17,100 nucleotides of DNA from Elusimicrobiota bacterium (GCA_046153645.1 JBJXGI010000075.1:1-17100); one strand, 5' to 3'; shown: positions 8,501-16,703, counted from the stretch's first letter. Notes: generated by a model from the letters alone, not told the origin. Made by a program: numbers and translations.

Positions 8501-11500
8501 TGACCTTTACATGCTGATGAGAGATAAAAAAAATTCTGTCGATAAGTCGAAAACATTTCTTGAGCGCCTGGCTCGAATCGTCTTGATCAGTGTTGTTGGA
8601 TTGGTTTTCATTCTTCTTTTCTTGACCGGCATTGAATTGACCACGGGGACCCATCTGTGGTCTGCGTATAAAACCACCATGATTGCTGGTGGTCCCCTAG
8701 CGAAAGCTTACGCTATCGTTATTGCCATGTTTTTTGGTGTTACAGCTCGTCTCATGGGGCTTTATCTTTCCGGAAGCCCAGCTCAACAAACCCTTCTAAA
8801 AGATGGACTCTTCTTCGCCATTTTTCTTGGTCTTTGGCTTCCATTCTATGGATTTTCGGTTGATGGTCTTATTCGTTGGACCGCTGAAATAATGGGGGGG
8901 CGAGAGGCATCGGTTATGTTGCTGCGAACTGCTGTTTATACAGCTAGTGTTATGGCGCTGGCCACAATTTACGAAATGTTTGAAGCCCCCATAAAACAAC
9001 GGCGTCAAGCGCGGCGATTGGAAAAACAAGGCCAAAACCAAAAAGCCGCCGAGATGAGGCGCGAAGCCACAATGCGCGTTCACGGCAGAAAAGTGGTAGA
9101 TGGAATTTTTGGTCGTTTGGGTTTTGTTTTTGTATCCATCGATGTCGTTTTGCATTGGGCGGCTCCTGGAACACAAGTGTTAATGGCTTGGGTTCTTGGT
9201 TACGTGAGCACCGTTCACCGCGCGATGGTTTCTTATACTGTTCAAGACGAAGTTCATAGTCAGGCCATAAGTCGACGACTGGGTCTTTTTGCTTTGGGCG
9301 CAGCTGTGGTTTCGTCTATCGCTAGTTTTATGTTGGTCTCATTTTTGAGTGGGTTGGTCGCTATTGGTTTGGGTCTTATTGGCTATATTTACTTCCGATT
9401 AAAAAAACCTAAAACCTCAAAAGAGTTACAAGAAAACACCGTCAAACCGGAGGAAGATACAATTCCAGTAGATGATAAAAGCGTTGAGAAAATTTTCGGT
9501 AATGCTGAGGTTCTGATTAAATATTTTAATGAAAATTTCCCTCGATTTTCACAAGAGGAATTTATGGGAGATTTTTACCGTCAAGCAATAATGCTAACGC
9601 GCGAAAAAAAGGAAAAGTTAATTTGGACCTTGCTTAAAGTAATGGACGCCATTAATCTGGATCCTCCCAAAAACGAAGAGGCTCGAGTGTGGATTTCGTG
9701 GGTTATTGGGCGACTCCTATTGAGTACCAACATATCTTTCGATGATCTGCCACTCAATCTATTCAAACCAAGACGTATTGATCTTAGAGAGGCGACACCA
9801 AATGTGGCTGCTGGTTTAGCAGGGGGGATTTTGGAATCTTTGCCCCCTTTAAATTTAAACCCCCCACTTGATTTCCCCGATTTAAAAACTGTGCCCCATA
9901 TTGAGCCTATCAACGTTGAAACAGTCGCACATTTTTCAGGGTTTTTAATAGAAGATGCAATCATTACTCAACGTCTTCCTCGAACCGTTGTTTTTGAAGA
10001 TAAAAAATCAGGTAAACGGCTCGCAATGAAACTAATCCGTAATAAAAAGGGAGATTTGCAAGAAGTTTTTAATGAAGCAGCCATTTGGCACTGGACCCAT
10101 CAAACCACTCCTGGAACCGATCAATCAAATAAAACGCATTACAAATTTCGATCCGATTATCCGAGGTCTTTAATAAATTCAAAAGGAGAGCCGACACTTT
10201 ACCGGGTTGACCCTGAGAATTTACCGCTGACTGCGAGGGAATTTATACTCGAAATGAATAAACAATTCGGCCTTGCAAGTGAAAATGGTCAGCTAATCGC
10301 GTTCATTTATATTATTGAGAATGAAGATTATTTTATCTCGGTTAATGATTCGAAAGTTTCTTCACAACAAGCATGGAAAATTATGGAAAAAACCCTTTTT
10401 GACCTGGGGCGATGGGCCTCTCTTGGGATATTTCATAAAGCTCTCATCGACATGCTGCACACTGAAATTGAAGAAGATGACCCGGAACCAAGAGATTTAC
10501 CTCGTCGCTTTATGTGGATGATCGCGTTGGTATATCCTTCTTTTCAATTTATGACCGGTATGGCACAGGATCTTTCAGAAAGTTTAGAGAGGGGAAATGT
10601 TCGCGTTTCTGGAGTAGCAGACGGAGCTGATTTTATTACTTTGGATTCTCTTATCCGTGATATTCAAAAAGAATTTACAGTTTTAACGCCACTGGGACGA
10701 TTTAGAGAGAGAGCCGCACAGTTTTATACGGTAAATTTTTTAGGTGAATATCTCTTCACGCTTTTATTTGCTGTAGCCCTTCACGTGCAAAAAGGAGAAA
10801 TAAGACAATCGGTAGAGGAAGTCGAACGTTTTTCTGTGGCTGCTAGTCAACTGGGAGAAGGATTTACCGGACAGCCCATGAAGCTCATGATGGAATGGAT
10901 TTTAAAAACCGGAAATATAGATGGTATTTTTCGCCAATTATCATTCTTCATGACGGATGAAAAAAAATCATATCTCCTGGGTTCTGGCCGGTCTTTTCCA
11001 GAAGACGTATTTGGAGAAGATAGCCAAGTTATTTTTCAACATTTCCCTTGGTTAGAAAAGCATCTTGGATACCCAAATGGATCTTTTCCCATTCAAATGA
11101 TGATTAGTTTTACATATTTATTTCTCACCCAATTAATCCTAAATAAGGTGAAAGGTGTCCCCTTGAGAACCGGTACCGAACACGGTACCGAACACGTTGA
11201 GAAAAAGCGGGACAATGAAGGCATGCGGGCTGGTGCTGTTTGGGTTGGTTCTATTGGTGCTGATCTTGTGAAAGGGAATGTTAATGCTTTGTTGGGAGCG
11301 CCTGAAATGATGGGGCTTGAAAGTGGTCAATTAACCGAACCCAATCAAGAAAAAGAGATCATCGCGCAACTTGAGGAGTGGATGGCCATACCAGAATTTC
11401 AAGCTATGGTAGAAATTGAATTAAATAAAAACCTGAGTGAAGATGATCGTCAGAAAATTAACGCGAAAAAAATGGTTGAACTTTTTACAGCCCTTGTGTT

Positions 11501-11963
11501 AGCGAAAAGTCAAAGACCAATAAACACTGACCAAAAGAAAGCCGCAGATTTAAAAGACACCCATCTTCTTATCATCAAAAGCCCTAAAGAAATGGGAAAG
11601 ACTGAACTTCGCGCACTTGTGATGACGCGGCTTATTCAAATGGGGCTTAGCCCTTCTACGTCCATTGTCGCGGATTCACAAACTCTAAAAGAAATTCCTT
11701 ACGTCATTGAAACTTTGAAGAGTTATGGCTTACTTCAAAATGAAATCCAATTTAAAATAGGTGAATTAACCATTACCGGTCCCATCTTGGACGAAGCCGA
11801 GCTCAATAAAATGAGAGAAAAATATAACGGTCCTTCATTGATCTTCATAGATGGAATTTCTACAAAAGAAAAAACACCTGGTATCATTGTGTTTCCGCCT
11901 ATCACAAAAACTAATATTAAAAATATTGGTGAATTTTTACTCCGGGTTTTGACGCAAGTATGA
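2577..11963 (+). CDS. Giant 3128-aa multidomain membrane protein: signal peptide, EreA/ChaN/TIKI-like domain, duplicated modules, multi-TM region, SidJ-like pseudokinase domain
   Basis: Uninterrupted 9.4-kb ORF. N-terminal signal peptide ending ..QCVFA. HIQDIH / LEG / RD / GGFH motifs (aa ~104-491). Hydrophobic runs at nt ~4570-4890 and ~8160-9400. Internal repeats. SidJ-like motifs at nt ~9975-11090. Confidence 0.9.
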   Translation: MKNRGVARLLAITLVAIFFTNQCVFAHLHELSLWKKRPAEPKKTQFISPFPLVQPVLPQQIKKEIPEKIITDLAPLLNELTSHEGTVRNISLPKLFHKNKVILHIQDIHMNHEAQRNIARTIQKLVQSNQINLIALEGSFGPIDFLGFRHFPSQDIVRTVADYLLKKHEISGPIHTALTSRNTMPKIIGIDDKAHYDANVDAYRLSSQVLDKVKEHLLKEQQGLEKEKYKLFNSELINFDLQVKAYHQKYLSIGAYVQFLAKHKVSLSPEVKIFLEALALESVFNFSAVEMERSHLLKVLLPKLTVGESTHLTNTSLASRMGHLRSVDFYSYLKDLCQKKNIALSQFPAMSSYVRYILLSDSIDMDKVLNSIKEMENNIYAALAKTPEQKRLVQKSKYFYLTKKLVDFSLTKEEWGEYKLMEPSPSPLPHSGRGINISPFENFYKQAEIRDEKMAEKLLKTVLSQTNDVLSPQFQKPSTPLISVLVTGGFHSAGIDQRLVNAGYTVIQFTPKLTKVNSKNGTAYLSVFAQEKTPLETLLEGEKLFLARSPTHGVFSGAGAIAAIANEPNHIHDLLPQYTGKIKLRPLDDSTNGTKNTAVVFASKDKKDKATVHVSWHNRGSLLVVDKITDAVFKKPDQEFERIFDFWNFIKNHPYSKRPIEKIIQITGVMLGTSTVLLVQASAPFFLVKVLPSFFYAPIFYWSLVSIIYVFIRFSISPRWKASWRAKIFLAQFYLPSYLIHSFVTALFLFTNFCLRHMGINIRLLPLVLAEDPEDDETLLNEAFDELMKPHIGKRASYDATSSLESIYNLKSSLLKEHILFLALSHPSSDIRLMAAEFIQGLEHEIAFEKWVEQFKSPLLPSQPDPRFSGRGDPQISRLNARAAILFGLDRIYYYNMDLIYEILNDDAKKWNPETEKTLLALAENEKCPLGIPENLSMLEGLFLFSRWREKHIVNADSGNYKYVKLAIDTIKWHSPTATEVFTPILFPVIAKKGPLTPDDLYSFLLEQLASEFSTIPPKDRSAAALLNLLPPEEIDDRLVSLENTLKIIIAKNKRTIREIIALSDITDEEKDFLVACLASPAGGGEEGVTDDPIQVLSVLLDKREEIVQALFNKAVSKYQDDENLEINITLRNKRIIKIASNFLKEEWLLSFIGEKDRQMLQTWPVIFGTRSLNILEHYLYLLDDAQFESSLKNLGSNGDAELLRILTGAVDFIFFEWISAFSKEMQLKNRASEINKIAPLLEKFQSGVDTVASLPVLSNSYFTMDVRELINFEREAISFIPGYPEASGPATALHVLWALRFHSGSSPDDERTFNSIDYGVLALCLNELMPKLLLPNPDNDLLEKVLIMVLADPYVMLNPSKLQSIARFWKAPGEPAPILTGDDLNKYTVLINQMRPILLDYIEKNSLVDIMPDQLWPYATSVPFSADFFYISRLAVLLDSKVKGFLFENRFHKEKKSELNEITSTENWLSFINKIAEILIPKIHPSADAFYAPPDKLWIRLKIREMARLLKVKPLSEMKSITESEGLLELTIKYSAVPVGDRSANALLNLLISEESDGQFLSLKKALKIIIEQNIRTISEIRAIPGLTDDEKDFLVACLASPAGGSGVDDWRQVEILLDNAIQTLAGSYTSEEILNNAIDLVLRSPSSKKRNQAIFFALSHPVTDVRKKVGRSIKILTDIPIERWIEQFQTPDIPDEADPRILNKRGREIEKRISRSNVRATILWGIMELYGSPRQHLNEILNDGINELNTENKIRLLKMARDSIEFPLGIPEEISLVEAMFLFLEWYDDQKPSSANEIVIYMYVFHAIEKIREKADPQIDRVLSVSPEQSIPDPNTLAYFMVRLGWLDRVGGERHAEKIGAVGMIAEMGILFGLIKGALWINRALETHVIGVIFIFAFLIALSFVHARLYRSLINKQRRSRGEPELTVWDAVVVRSIIRHLIFFSTYLLPFLASSPVELQFSFAVAFFVHALYDLYMLMRDKKNSVDKSKTFLERLARIVLISVVGLVFILLFLTGIELTTGTHLWSAYKTTMIAGGPLAKAYAIVIAMFFGVTARLMGLYLSGSPAQQTLLKDGLFFAIFLGLWLPFYGFSVDGLIRWTAEIMGGREASVMLLRTAVYTASVMALATIYEMFEAPIKQRRQARRLEKQGQNQKAAEMRREATMRVHGRKVVDGIFGRLGFVFVSIDVVLHWAAPGTQVLMAWVLGYVSTVHRAMVSYTVQDEVHSQAISRRLGLFALGAAVVSSIASFMLVSFLSGLVAIGLGLIGYIYFRLKKPKTSKELQENTVKPEEDTIPVDDKSVEKIFGNAEVLIKYFNENFPRFSQEEFMGDFYRQAIMLTREKKEKLIWTLLKVMDAINLDPPKNEEARVWISWVIGRLLLSTNISFDDLPLNLFKPRRIDLREATPNVAAGLAGGILESLPPLNLNPPLDFPDLKTVPHIEPINVETVAHFSGFLIEDAIITQRLPRTVVFEDKKSGKRLAMKLIRNKKGDLQEVFNEAAIWHWTHQTTPGTDQSNKTHYKFRSDYPRSLINSKGEPTLYRVDPENLPLTAREFILEMNKQFGLASENGQLIAFIYIIENEDYFISVNDSKVSSQQAWKIMEKTLFDLGRWASLGIFHKALIDMLHTEIEEDDPEPRDLPRRFMWMIALVYPSFQFMTGMAQDLSESLERGNVRVSGVADGADFITLDSLIRDIQKEFTVLTPLGRFRERAAQFYTVNFLGEYLFTLLFAVALHVQKGEIRQSVEEVERFSVAASQLGEGFTGQPMKLMMEWILKTGNIDGIFRQLSFFMTDEKKSYLLGSGRSFPEDVFGEDSQVIFQHFPWLEKHLGYPNGSFPIQMMISFTYLFLTQLILNKVKGVPLRTGTEHGTEHVEKKRDNEGMRAGAVWVGSIGADLVKGNVNALLGAPEMMGLESGQLTEPNQEKEIIAQLEEWMAIPEFQAMVEIELNKNLSEDDRQKINAKKMVELFTALVLAKSQRPINTDQKKAADLKDTHLLIIKSPKEMGKTELRALVMTRLIQMGLSPSTSIVADSQTLKEIPYVIETLKSYGLLQNEIQFKIGELTITGPILDEAELNKMREKYNGPSLIFIDGISTKEKTPGIIVFPPITKTNIKNIGEFLLRVLTQV
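3843..3877 (+). repeat. REP-like GC-rich palindromic element inside the giant CDS
   Basis: CCCTCACCCTCC followed by a perfect hairpin CCTCTCCCGC-ACA-GCGGGAGAGG (3855-3877), read in frame as PSPSPLPHSGRG. Confidence 0.75.
5773..5828 (+). repeat. Direct repeat copy 1 (56 bp, 1 mismatch; 45 bp perfect)
   Basis: Matches 7339-7394. GAAAAAGATTTTTTAGTCGCTTGTCTTGCTAGTCCGGCAGGAGGG is identical at 5784-5828 and 7350-7394. Confidence 0.95.
7339..7394 (+). repeat. Direct repeat copy 2
   Basis: Offset 1566 bp (522 codons) from copy 1, same reading frame (EKDFLVACLASPAGG). Confidence 0.95.
11171..11196 (+). repeat. 12-bp tandem duplication (GTEH-GTEH)
   Basis: CGGTACCGAACA x2 plus CG, in the linker after the SidJ-like domain. 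Confidence 0.85.
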
Positions 11964-12026
11964 TGCCTGAAAAGATCTTATTTTCTTTAAGTTTATAGTT
12001 TAAAAAAAATCTTAAATAAAATTTTC

Positions 12027-12056
12027 TTGAGGGTACCCTTGTTATTTTGATATAAA
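12027..12056 (+). promoter_or_regulatory. Candidate sigma70 promoter for the nspC operon
   Basis: TTGAGG (12027-12032), 18-bp spacer, extended -10 TGnTATAAA (12048-12056), with an AT-rich upstream tract. Confidence 0.35.
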
Positions 12057-12071
12057 ACATTTTAGAAGATC

Positions 12072-13181
12072 ATGACTGAAACGCTGCGTACGCCTTACTA
12101 TTTAATTTCCGAGTCAAAACTCACCGAAAATTTAGAAAAAATTTCGATTATTAAAGAACGCTCAGGGGCCAAAATTGTTTTGGCACTTAAATGTTTTTCA
12201 ACTTGGAGTACCTTTAACATCATTCGCCCTTATCTTGATGGGACCACCAGCAGTTCTCTTTACGAGGCCCGCCTTGGTCATGAGAAGTTTGGCAAAGAAA
12301 CACACGCCTATAGCGTTGCCTTTTCGGAAGATGACGTAAAAGAAGTTGCTAAATTTGCCACCAAAATTATTTTCAATTCACTTTCACAATTCAACACCTA
12401 CAAACATTTGGTTCAACATATTCCCATCGGTCTTCGAATTAACCCAGGTGTGAGTTATTCTGATTTTGATTTGGCCAACCCCGCCCGTTGCCATTCTCGA
12501 CTGGGGGTAACTGACAAAAAAGAAGCACTCAACCTTCCGACGGAAATAAGTGGCGTGATGTTTCATTTTAACTGTGAAAATAGCGACTTTGAAAAACTTT
12601 CAGCCCAACTTGATTTCATTTCAAAAGAGTATGAACCTCTATTAAAAAAATTAGATTGGGTCAGCTTAGGTGGGGGGATCTTTTTTACTAAAGACGGTTA
12701 TCCACTCGAAGCTTTTGCTCAAAAACTGTCTCAATTTTCAAAGAAGTTTAATGTTCAAATTTATTTAGAGCCGGGAGAAAGTGTCGTCACCAAAACGGGG
12801 TCACTGGTAACAACCGTGCTTGATATCGTTAAAAATGAAGTCGATATCGCCATTGTTGATGCCGCGGTTGAAACACACATGTTGGATTTATTAATTTACA
12901 ATACACCCGCCAAAGTTGAAGGCGCAGTCGAAAAAGGATTCCTCTATACCATTGCTGGGAAAACGTGCTTGGCTGGAGATATTTTTGGTTCCACCCATTT
13001 TAAAAACCCCCTAAAAGTGGGGGATAAAATAATATTCGCTGACGCTTCAGGGTACACGATGGTTAAAAAAAATTGGTTTAATGGTGTTCAGATGCCGAGC
13101 ATTGTGATTGAAAGAAAAAATGGCTCGATCGATTTAATACGAGAATTTAATTACCAAGATTATTTAACGTCGTTATCTTAA
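12072..13181 (+). CDS. nspC: Carboxynorspermidine/carboxyspermidine decarboxylase
   Basis: PLP fold-III decarboxylase motifs: TPYYL, LALKCFS (PLP lysine), GTTSSSLYEARLG, GLRINP, SRLG, HFNCEN, SLGGG, YLEPGE, TCLAGD, YTMVKKNWFNGVQMPSI. Confidence 0.95.
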   Translation: MTETLRTPYYLISESKLTENLEKISIIKERSGAKIVLALKCFSTWSTFNIIRPYLDGTTSSSLYEARLGHEKFGKETHAYSVAFSEDDVKEVAKFATKIIFNSLSQFNTYKHLVQHIPIGLRINPGVSYSDFDLANPARCHSRLGVTDKKEALNLPTEISGVMFHFNCENSDFEKLSAQLDFISKEYEPLLKKLDWVSLGGGIFFTKDGYPLEAFAQKLSQFSKKFNVQIYLEPGESVVTKTGSLVTTVLDIVKNEVDIAIVDAAVETHMLDLLIYNTPAKVEGAVEKGFLYTIAGKTCLAGDIFGSTHFKNPLKVGDKIIFADASGYTMVKKNWFNGVQMPSIVIERKNGSIDLIREFNYQDYLTSLS

Positions 13182-13200
13182 AAAATGGGGAGATCTTAAG

Positions 13201-14430
13201 ATGAAAAATGTTCTTATCGTCGGTGCAGGCGGTGTGGCGCATGTGGCGGCCCATAAAGCTGCTCAACACAATGACATTTTAGGTGATATTTGCATTGCTT
13301 CACGAAATGAGTCTAAGTGCAAAAAAATTATCGACAGTATAAATAAGAAAAATAATCTTAAAGATAAAACCAAAAAATTATATTCCCGCCAAATAGATGC
13401 CAACGATATCAAAGGTCTCACAAAACTGATCCAAGACACAAAATCAGAAATTGTCATTAATTTGGGCAGCGCGTTCGTCAATATGTCTGTTTTAGAAGCT
13501 TGCTTAAACGCTGGCGTTACTTATATGGACACTGCCATTCATGAAGACCCCACAAAGGTTTGCGAGGATCCACCTTGGTATGGTAATTATGAATGGAAAC
13601 GAAAAGACCGTTGTAAAGAAAAAGGATTAAATGCCATTTTAGGAATTGGGTTTGATCCTGGTGTTGTTAACGCTTATTGCGCCCATGCGTTGAAACATAA
13701 TTTTGATGAAATTGACACCATTGATATTTTGGATGTGAACGCCGGAAATCACGGTAAATATTTTGCGACTAATTTTGATCCGGAAATTAATTTCAGAGAA
13801 TTTAGCAAAGTTTGGACGTGGATAGACCGGAAATGGGTTCTTAAACCTGTTCATTCAGACAAGTGGGTTTACGACTTCCCGGTTGTGGGAAAACAACCGG
13901 TTTACTTAACTGGTCATGATGAATTGCATTCGTTGTCTAAAAACATCAAAGCCAACAGTATTCGTTTCTGGATGGGATTTGGAGATCATTACATTAATGT
14001 CTTTAACGTTTTAAAAAATATTGGAATGCTCTCAGAAAAACCAGTAAAAACAGCAGAAGGAGTGGAAGTGATTCCATTAAAAGTGCTTAAAGCAGTTCTG
14101 CCTGATCCTTTGTCGCTGGCTCCCAATTACACAGGGAAAACCTGCATTGGCGTTTTAGTAAAGGGAAAAAAGAACGGCGAATATCGTGAAACTTTTACCT
14201 ACAATATATGTGATCACGCGGAAAATTATAAAGAAGTAGAATCTCAAGCCATTTCATATACCGCGGGTGTGCCGCCAGTGGCGGCTGCCATTTTACTGGC
14301 TCAAGGCATTTGGAATCCAAAAACAATGGTTAACGTGGAAGAGTTGGATCCTGATCCGTTAATCAAATTGTTAGATAAAATTGGATTACCAACAAAAGTA
14401 GACATTCTTACCCCACAAGCATCAAAGTGA
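13201..14430 (+). CDS. Carboxynorspermidine/carboxyspermidine dehydrogenase (saccharopine dehydrogenase family)
   Basis: GAGGVA Rossmann motif, YMDTA, GFDPG, FATNFDPEINFRE, SQAISYTAGVP; adjacent to nspC. Confidence 0.93.
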   Translation: MKNVLIVGAGGVAHVAAHKAAQHNDILGDICIASRNESKCKKIIDSINKKNNLKDKTKKLYSRQIDANDIKGLTKLIQDTKSEIVINLGSAFVNMSVLEACLNAGVTYMDTAIHEDPTKVCEDPPWYGNYEWKRKDRCKEKGLNAILGIGFDPGVVNAYCAHALKHNFDEIDTIDILDVNAGNHGKYFATNFDPEINFREFSKVWTWIDRKWVLKPVHSDKWVYDFPVVGKQPVYLTGHDELHSLSKNIKANSIRFWMGFGDHYINVFNVLKNIGMLSEKPVKTAEGVEVIPLKVLKAVLPDPLSLAPNYTGKTCIGVLVKGKKNGEYRETFTYNICDHAENYKEVESQAISYTAGVPPVAAAILLAQGIWNPKTMVNVEELDPDPLIKLLDKIGLPTKVDILTPQASK

Positions 14431-14880
14431 TGCCATTATTAAAACAGCATTAAAGTGTGTTTGAGAAACAGGTTGAATGGATAAGCGCATTCCTTTTTTT
14501 ATGACCAGCATGTCTTTCAATTGCGGGTTCATTCGGAGTGATTCAAGCGGAATTAATTGCTTAAACTCTTCAACGAACTGAACATCCACCATCATCCAAG
14601 TAGGCTTTTCTTTTGAAGCTTTAGGGTCAAAGTACTCACTTTTTTTATCCCATGCCGTAAAATCAGGATACGCCTCTTTAGAAACTTTTGCGAGTCCGGC
14701 AATACCGGGAGGAGTGGCATTTGAGTGATAAAACAAAATCAAATCACCCATTTTCATTTGATCTCTCATAAAATTTCGCGCTTGATAATTTCGAACGCCG
14801 TCCCAATGGTTTGTTTTCATTTTTTTTAAATCTTGAATAGAAAAAACCTCAGGTTCCGTTTTCATTAACCAATATCTCAT
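14422..14880 (-). CDS. EVE domain protein (PUA-like)
   Basis: YWLMKTEP, WDGVRNYQARNFMRD, FYHS, YFDPK, RLSIQPV. GGAG RBS upstream on the minus strand. Overlaps the convergent upstream gene by 9 bp. Confidence 0.95.
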   Translation of the reverse strand: MRYWLMKTEPEVFSIQDLKKMKTNHWDGVRNYQARNFMRDQMKMGDLILFYHSNATPPGIAGLAKVSKEAYPDFTAWDKKSEYFDPKASKEKPTWMMVDVQFVEEFKQLIPLESLRMNPQLKDMLVIKKGMRLSIQPVSQTHFNAVLIMASL

Positions 14881-14926
14881 AAATCTCCTATTCTACTAAC
14901 GCTTTATTAGCTAAAAGATCTGCACA

Positions 14927-15997
14927 ATGCATATCCTAAAACAAAAGCCTTCTATCTATGTTTCATCCGTTGGGACCGCTGTCCCAGATTTTTCGGTTTC
15001 TCAATCCGAAACACTCGATTTCATATTAAAAGAATTTAAAATAAAAGAATCCACAAAAAAACTTTATAAAAAAGTATTTAGCAGCCCGTCTATCGAAAAA
15101 AGACATTTTGCCATCAATTCATTGTCAGAACTATTGAATCGAGACCTAGATCAAGTTCATTTAAAATTTAAAAAAGAAATTAAATATCTATCTGAAAAAT
15201 CTCTAAATCAAGCGCTTTCAAAAATAAACTTAAATTCCCGTGATTTGGGTTTTATTGCGACAACGACCTGCACGGGGTATTTATGTCCTGGAATTTCATC
15301 TTATCTCATTGAAAGTTTAAACTTAAAGAATGATATTTTAACGGCTGATTTGGTTGGAATGGGGTGTGGAGCGGCACTCCCAGCTCTTCAGCAAGCGACC
15401 CATTTTTTAAAAGCCAACCCTACTTCATATGCGGCCATTGTTTGTACAGAAATTTGTTCTGCAGCACTTTATTCGAGTGACGACCCTGACATCGTTATTT
15501 CAAATGCGCTTTTTGCCGATGGTTCTGCGGCGGCCATATTATCAACCCATTTAAACCCTAAAATAGAACTTCTTGACTATGCCAACATCACCTTTCCACA
15601 GTGGCGAGAAACACTTCAGTTTAAAACAGAATCCGGTTTTCTTAAAAATGTATTGGGAAAAAATGTGCCAACTCAATCGGCCGAAGCTTTATTGATCTTA
15701 TTAAAACAACTCTTGGATAAAAATCAGCTTGAACGAAATGACATAGAACATTGGATTCTTCACGCGGGAGGCAAAAAGGTCATTGAAACCATCCAACAAA
15801 AATTTTCACTTTCAAATGAACAAGTTAATTCCACTTTGACTATTCTTAAAAATTACGGAAACCTATCATCGCCGAGTGTTCTTTTCTCATTAAATGAATT
15901 TATGGAAAAGAAAACTTCTCAATCGGGGTTTGGAGTTTTAAGTTCTTTTGGCGCGGGTTTTTCAGCTTACGGCGCTTTAATTAAAGTTCATGTTTGA
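14927..15997 (+). CDS. Type III polyketide synthase (chalcone/alkylresorcinol synthase-like)
   Basis: Catalytic Cys-His-Asn in GMGC, LHAGG and YGNLSS; also TTCTG, ALFADG and FGAG. Confidence 0.93.
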   Translation: MHILKQKPSIYVSSVGTAVPDFSVSQSETLDFILKEFKIKESTKKLYKKVFSSPSIEKRHFAINSLSELLNRDLDQVHLKFKKEIKYLSEKSLNQALSKINLNSRDLGFIATTTCTGYLCPGISSYLIESLNLKNDILTADLVGMGCGAALPALQQATHFLKANPTSYAAIVCTEICSAALYSSDDPDIVISNALFADGSAAAILSTHLNPKIELLDYANITFPQWRETLQFKTESGFLKNVLGKNVPTQSAEALLILLKQLLDKNQLERNDIEHWILHAGGKKVIETIQQKFSLSNEQVNSTLTILKNYGNLSSPSVLFSLNEFMEKKTSQSGFGVLSSFGAGFSAYGALIKVHV

Positions 15998-16703
15998 TTT
16001 ATCACAAAGATCAACCACGCAAGAAATAATGGACACAAAAACCATGTCGATTCCTGAAATGGAGCGAACATTGTCTTTTCTCGATTTCACCAATAGGTTT
16101 TTTGGGGGAAATAGAATAATCCTAAACTATTTTGAACGATGTTCAAAAAAATGGGATAAAAATAAAATTATTCAAATTCTAGATATTGGAACAGGCAGCG
16201 GAGACTTATGCTGTTTTTTAGCCCAATGGGCAAAAAGGAAGCAGTTTTCTGTTTCTATTGTGGGGATTGATATTGTTCCAGAAATAATTCAAATCGCAAA
16301 AAAGAAAACGAATTCATATTCAAATATATCAATCCAACAAATAACCATTTTTGAATTAATAGAAAAAAAAGAAAAGTTTGATTATGTGATAGGAAACTTA
16401 CTTCTTCATCATATCGAAATACCGGATCAAATAAAATTCCTCCAAACATTAGACTTAATTTCTCAGCGTGGGATTGTTTTAAGTGATCTGCAAAGAAGTT
16501 GGGTAAGTTTTTTTTCTATCGGGTTTATTTCTTATCTATCACTAAACCCGATTGTCATGAATGATGGCCCCTTATCAGTAAGACGCGCTTTTACTGCTCC
16601 TGATTTAGAGGAATTAAAAAATAAATCTAAACTTTCTTACTTGCAAGTTAAAAAAGAACCTTGGTTTAGAATTTCGCTTTCAGGTGAAAAACCCCATGTC
16701 TGA
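15990..16703 (+). CDS. SAM-dependent methyltransferase associated with type III PKS
   Basis: EIMD, ILDIGTGSGD (motif I), LLLHH, DLQRS, DGPLSVRRAF; overlaps the PKS stop by 8 bp. Confidence 0.9.
   Translation: MFDLSQRSTTQEIMDTKTMSIPEMERTLSFLDFTNRFFGGNRIILNYFERCSKKWDKNKIIQILDIGTGSGDLCCFLAQWAKRKQFSVSIVGIDIVPEIIQIAKKKTNSYSNISIQQITIFELIEKKEKFDYVIGNLLLHHIEIPDQIKFLQTLDLISQRGIVLSDLQRSWVSFFSIGFISYLSLNPIVMNDGPLSVRRAFTAPDLEELKNKSKLSYLQVKKEPWFRISLSGEKPHV

Noticed and set aside
2577..11963. Giant gene as cargo of the integrated element
   Set aside because: It lies beyond the tRNA-derived att copy, on the chromosomal side of this element. An older separate island cannot be excluded.
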